This document shows positions 62,870 through 64,000 of a DNA stretch of 64,000 bases, one piece after another. The stretch is taken from NCBI GenBank assembly GCA_045602215.1, contig JAZSBE010000072.1, positions 1,390-65,389 on the forward strand, read 5' to 3'. Both the position numbers and the translations under genes were made by a program. Under the pieces are notes generated by a model. That model was not told where the DNA came from and did no database searches. It worked only from the letters and a program-made list of their open reading frames with translations. Source of the stretch: Eubacteriales bacterium (GTDB lineage Bacteria; Bacillota; Clostridia; Oscillospirales; CAG-272). Position 1 is the first letter of the stretch. Each line of letters opens with the position of its first letter.

Positions 62870-63415
62870 ATGGGACTGTTTTCATTTATCAAGGAGCTCT
62901 TCTCCGCGCAGAAATACATCTTTTCGGCAATGGCTGAGATGGATCGCAAAAACAACGCATACGCCAAGCTCACCACCGAGGAGCTCGGAGGTCTGACTGA
63001 TGACGAGCTGATCTCCGCCGTCCTCTACCGCACCGATAAGAAAATCGAGGAGATCCTCGGCAAAAAGAAAAAAGGCACGCCTGCCGAATGGGCAGAGCAC
63101 CTCACGGGCGCGCAACGCACCGTTTATATCCTCTCATACTTTGAATCGGATATGCAAACAGGAGGACTGGAATCCTTCCTTGGGCAAAACGGCGATCTGG
63201 CAGCGGCAGTATCCGAATGTTTGGGAGAGATCGGGGCCAACGAGCACCGCTCCCTTTATGACGAATTTCTTTTGAGCCGCGGCTATCGCATGAGCTATTC
63301 CGAGCGTCTGGAATATCAGGACGAGCTGCGTACATTCAACGAACGTTACCTTGCCCTTCCCCCTATGGAGCAGTTCTTTTCGACCTATCTCAGAGGAAAT
63401 CTTGAGCAATTCTGA
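62870..63415 (+). CDS. DUF4375 (DMP19-like) domain protein
   Basis: 181 aa. YILSYFESDMQTGGLESFLGQNG resembles the DUF4375 core Y.E..NGGF.QFF. GGAGGT RBS. TTGACA-18-TATAAT lies inside the end of the upstream gene. Confidence 0.6.
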   Translation: MGLFSFIKELFSAQKYIFSAMAEMDRKNNAYAKLTTEELGGLTDDELISAVLYRTDKKIEEILGKKKKGTPAEWAEHLTGAQRTVYILSYFESDMQTGGLESFLGQNGDLAAAVSECLGEIGANEHRSLYDEFLLSRGYRMSYSERLEYQDELRTFNERYLALPPMEQFFSTYLRGNLEQF

Positions 63416-63420
63416 ATATC

Positions 63421-63456
63421 AAAGAACGGAACGCGATCGCGTTCCGTTCTTTTTTC
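63421..63456. terminator. bidirectional Rho-independent terminator
   Basis: 13-bp palindromic stem AGAACGGAACGCG / CGCGTTCCGTTCT followed by T6. Overlaps the stop of the convergent gene. Confidence 0.7.
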
Positions 63457-64000
63457 AATGAAACCGTCTTTCCCCATTCGCCCAACTATGGATCCCCTCC
63501 GAGAGACATTGCGCGTAGGTCCGGATCTCGGTCTCAAAGAGAAATTCCTTTTGGCGGAAGGGCAAGCCCATGACAAGGATCATGCTGGGGCAAACCGTTC
63601 GCCGAAGCAGTAGAAAAGAGGGAGACGCGCGCACGCCCTGCGAATCCAATCGGCTCCCATCTTCGATCGCATCCAGTACCGACTGCGCCAAACACCACGC
63701 CGCCGTATCCCGTCTGAATACCATCGCGTTTGCCGTTCCCACGCAGGGGAGCTCTGCCGCGCGCACGCAGATGCGAAGGACCGCGTCGGCATGCCATTTC
63801 TTCGCAATGGACGCGCAGACCGCAGGCCGTCCCGCTCCCACGTGATCCGAAAGCTCGGGGACGTCCCCCGAAAACAGAACCGTATAGCCGAGCGACTTCA
63901 GCTCCCCCTTCAAGGTCTTACCGATCAAGTAGGCGTGGCTTGGCGGCGCGTCTCGGCGTCTGCCCGCGCAATCCCTGCGCCCGTTCATACCGGAATCAAT
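63455..64000 (-). CDS. Amidase_3 (N-acetylmuramoyl-L-alanine amidase)-like protein with degenerate metal ligands, N-terminus outside window
   Basis: The frame stays open beyond the internal ATG at 63988 to the window edge (..IDSGMNGRRDCAG..). Colinear with CwlD-type amidases (..ADAVLRICVRA.., ..LLLRRTVCPSMILVMGL..), but the GHGG His and SIHxNA His positions are replaced. Confidence 0.5.
   Translation of the reverse strand: MDSGMNGRRDCAGRRRDAPPSHAYLIGKTLKGELKSLGYTVLFSGDVPELSDHVGAGRPAVCASIAKKWHADAVLRICVRAAELPCVGTANAMVFRRDTAAWCLAQSVLDAIEDGSRLDSQGVRASPSFLLLRRTVCPSMILVMGLPFRQKEFLFETEIRTYAQCLSEGIHSWANGERRFH

Overview
This 64-kb chromosomal window reads like a moderately GC-rich Firmicutes/Clostridia genome. 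Supporting signs are lipobox signal peptides, GGAGG-type RBSs, CIRCE-controlled groES-groEL, two T-box leaders and many near-consensus TTGACA-17-TATAAT promoters. I call 48 protein genes (2 cut by the window edges), a 3-tRNA operon (Gly-UCC, Arg-UCU, His-GUG), about 20 intrinsic terminators and about 12 promoters. I found no rRNA, CRISPR array, transposase, integrase or phage genes. Most coding is on the minus strand. Main blocks, left to right: (1) a co-directional array of small enzymes, including an AcnX plus enoate-reductase-like operon. (2) A 16-kb surface module: a six-gene, translationally coupled MoxR/DUF58/VWA operon followed by paralogous lipoproteins, one of 1561 aa. (3) An operon with a YwaF/TMEM164-like domain fused to an ABC ATPase, a partner permease, a Big_2 protein and a 1066-aa Ig-repeat lipoprotein. 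(4) Purine salvage genes, a GNAT with a structured leader and a GH94 phosphorylase. (5) A convergent pair of T-box-regulated genes: an HTH-cupin::acyl-CoA synthetase fusion (specifier probably AUC/Ile) and a sodium:solute symporter (specifier UAC/Tyr). (6) trxB preceded by an orphan promoter, mini-ORFs and a terminator. (7) The tRNA operon followed by 121-bp tandem repeats that carry a tRNA-His 3'-end-like segment. (8) An opp-type peptide ABC operon whose binding protein appears to be a clean circular permutant of the family-5 fold. (9) groESL and an alanine/glycine symporter. All family names come from motif recognition by eye; no BLAST, HMM or covariance-model search was run. Hairpin and promoter coordinates were hand-counted and may be off by 1-2 nt.
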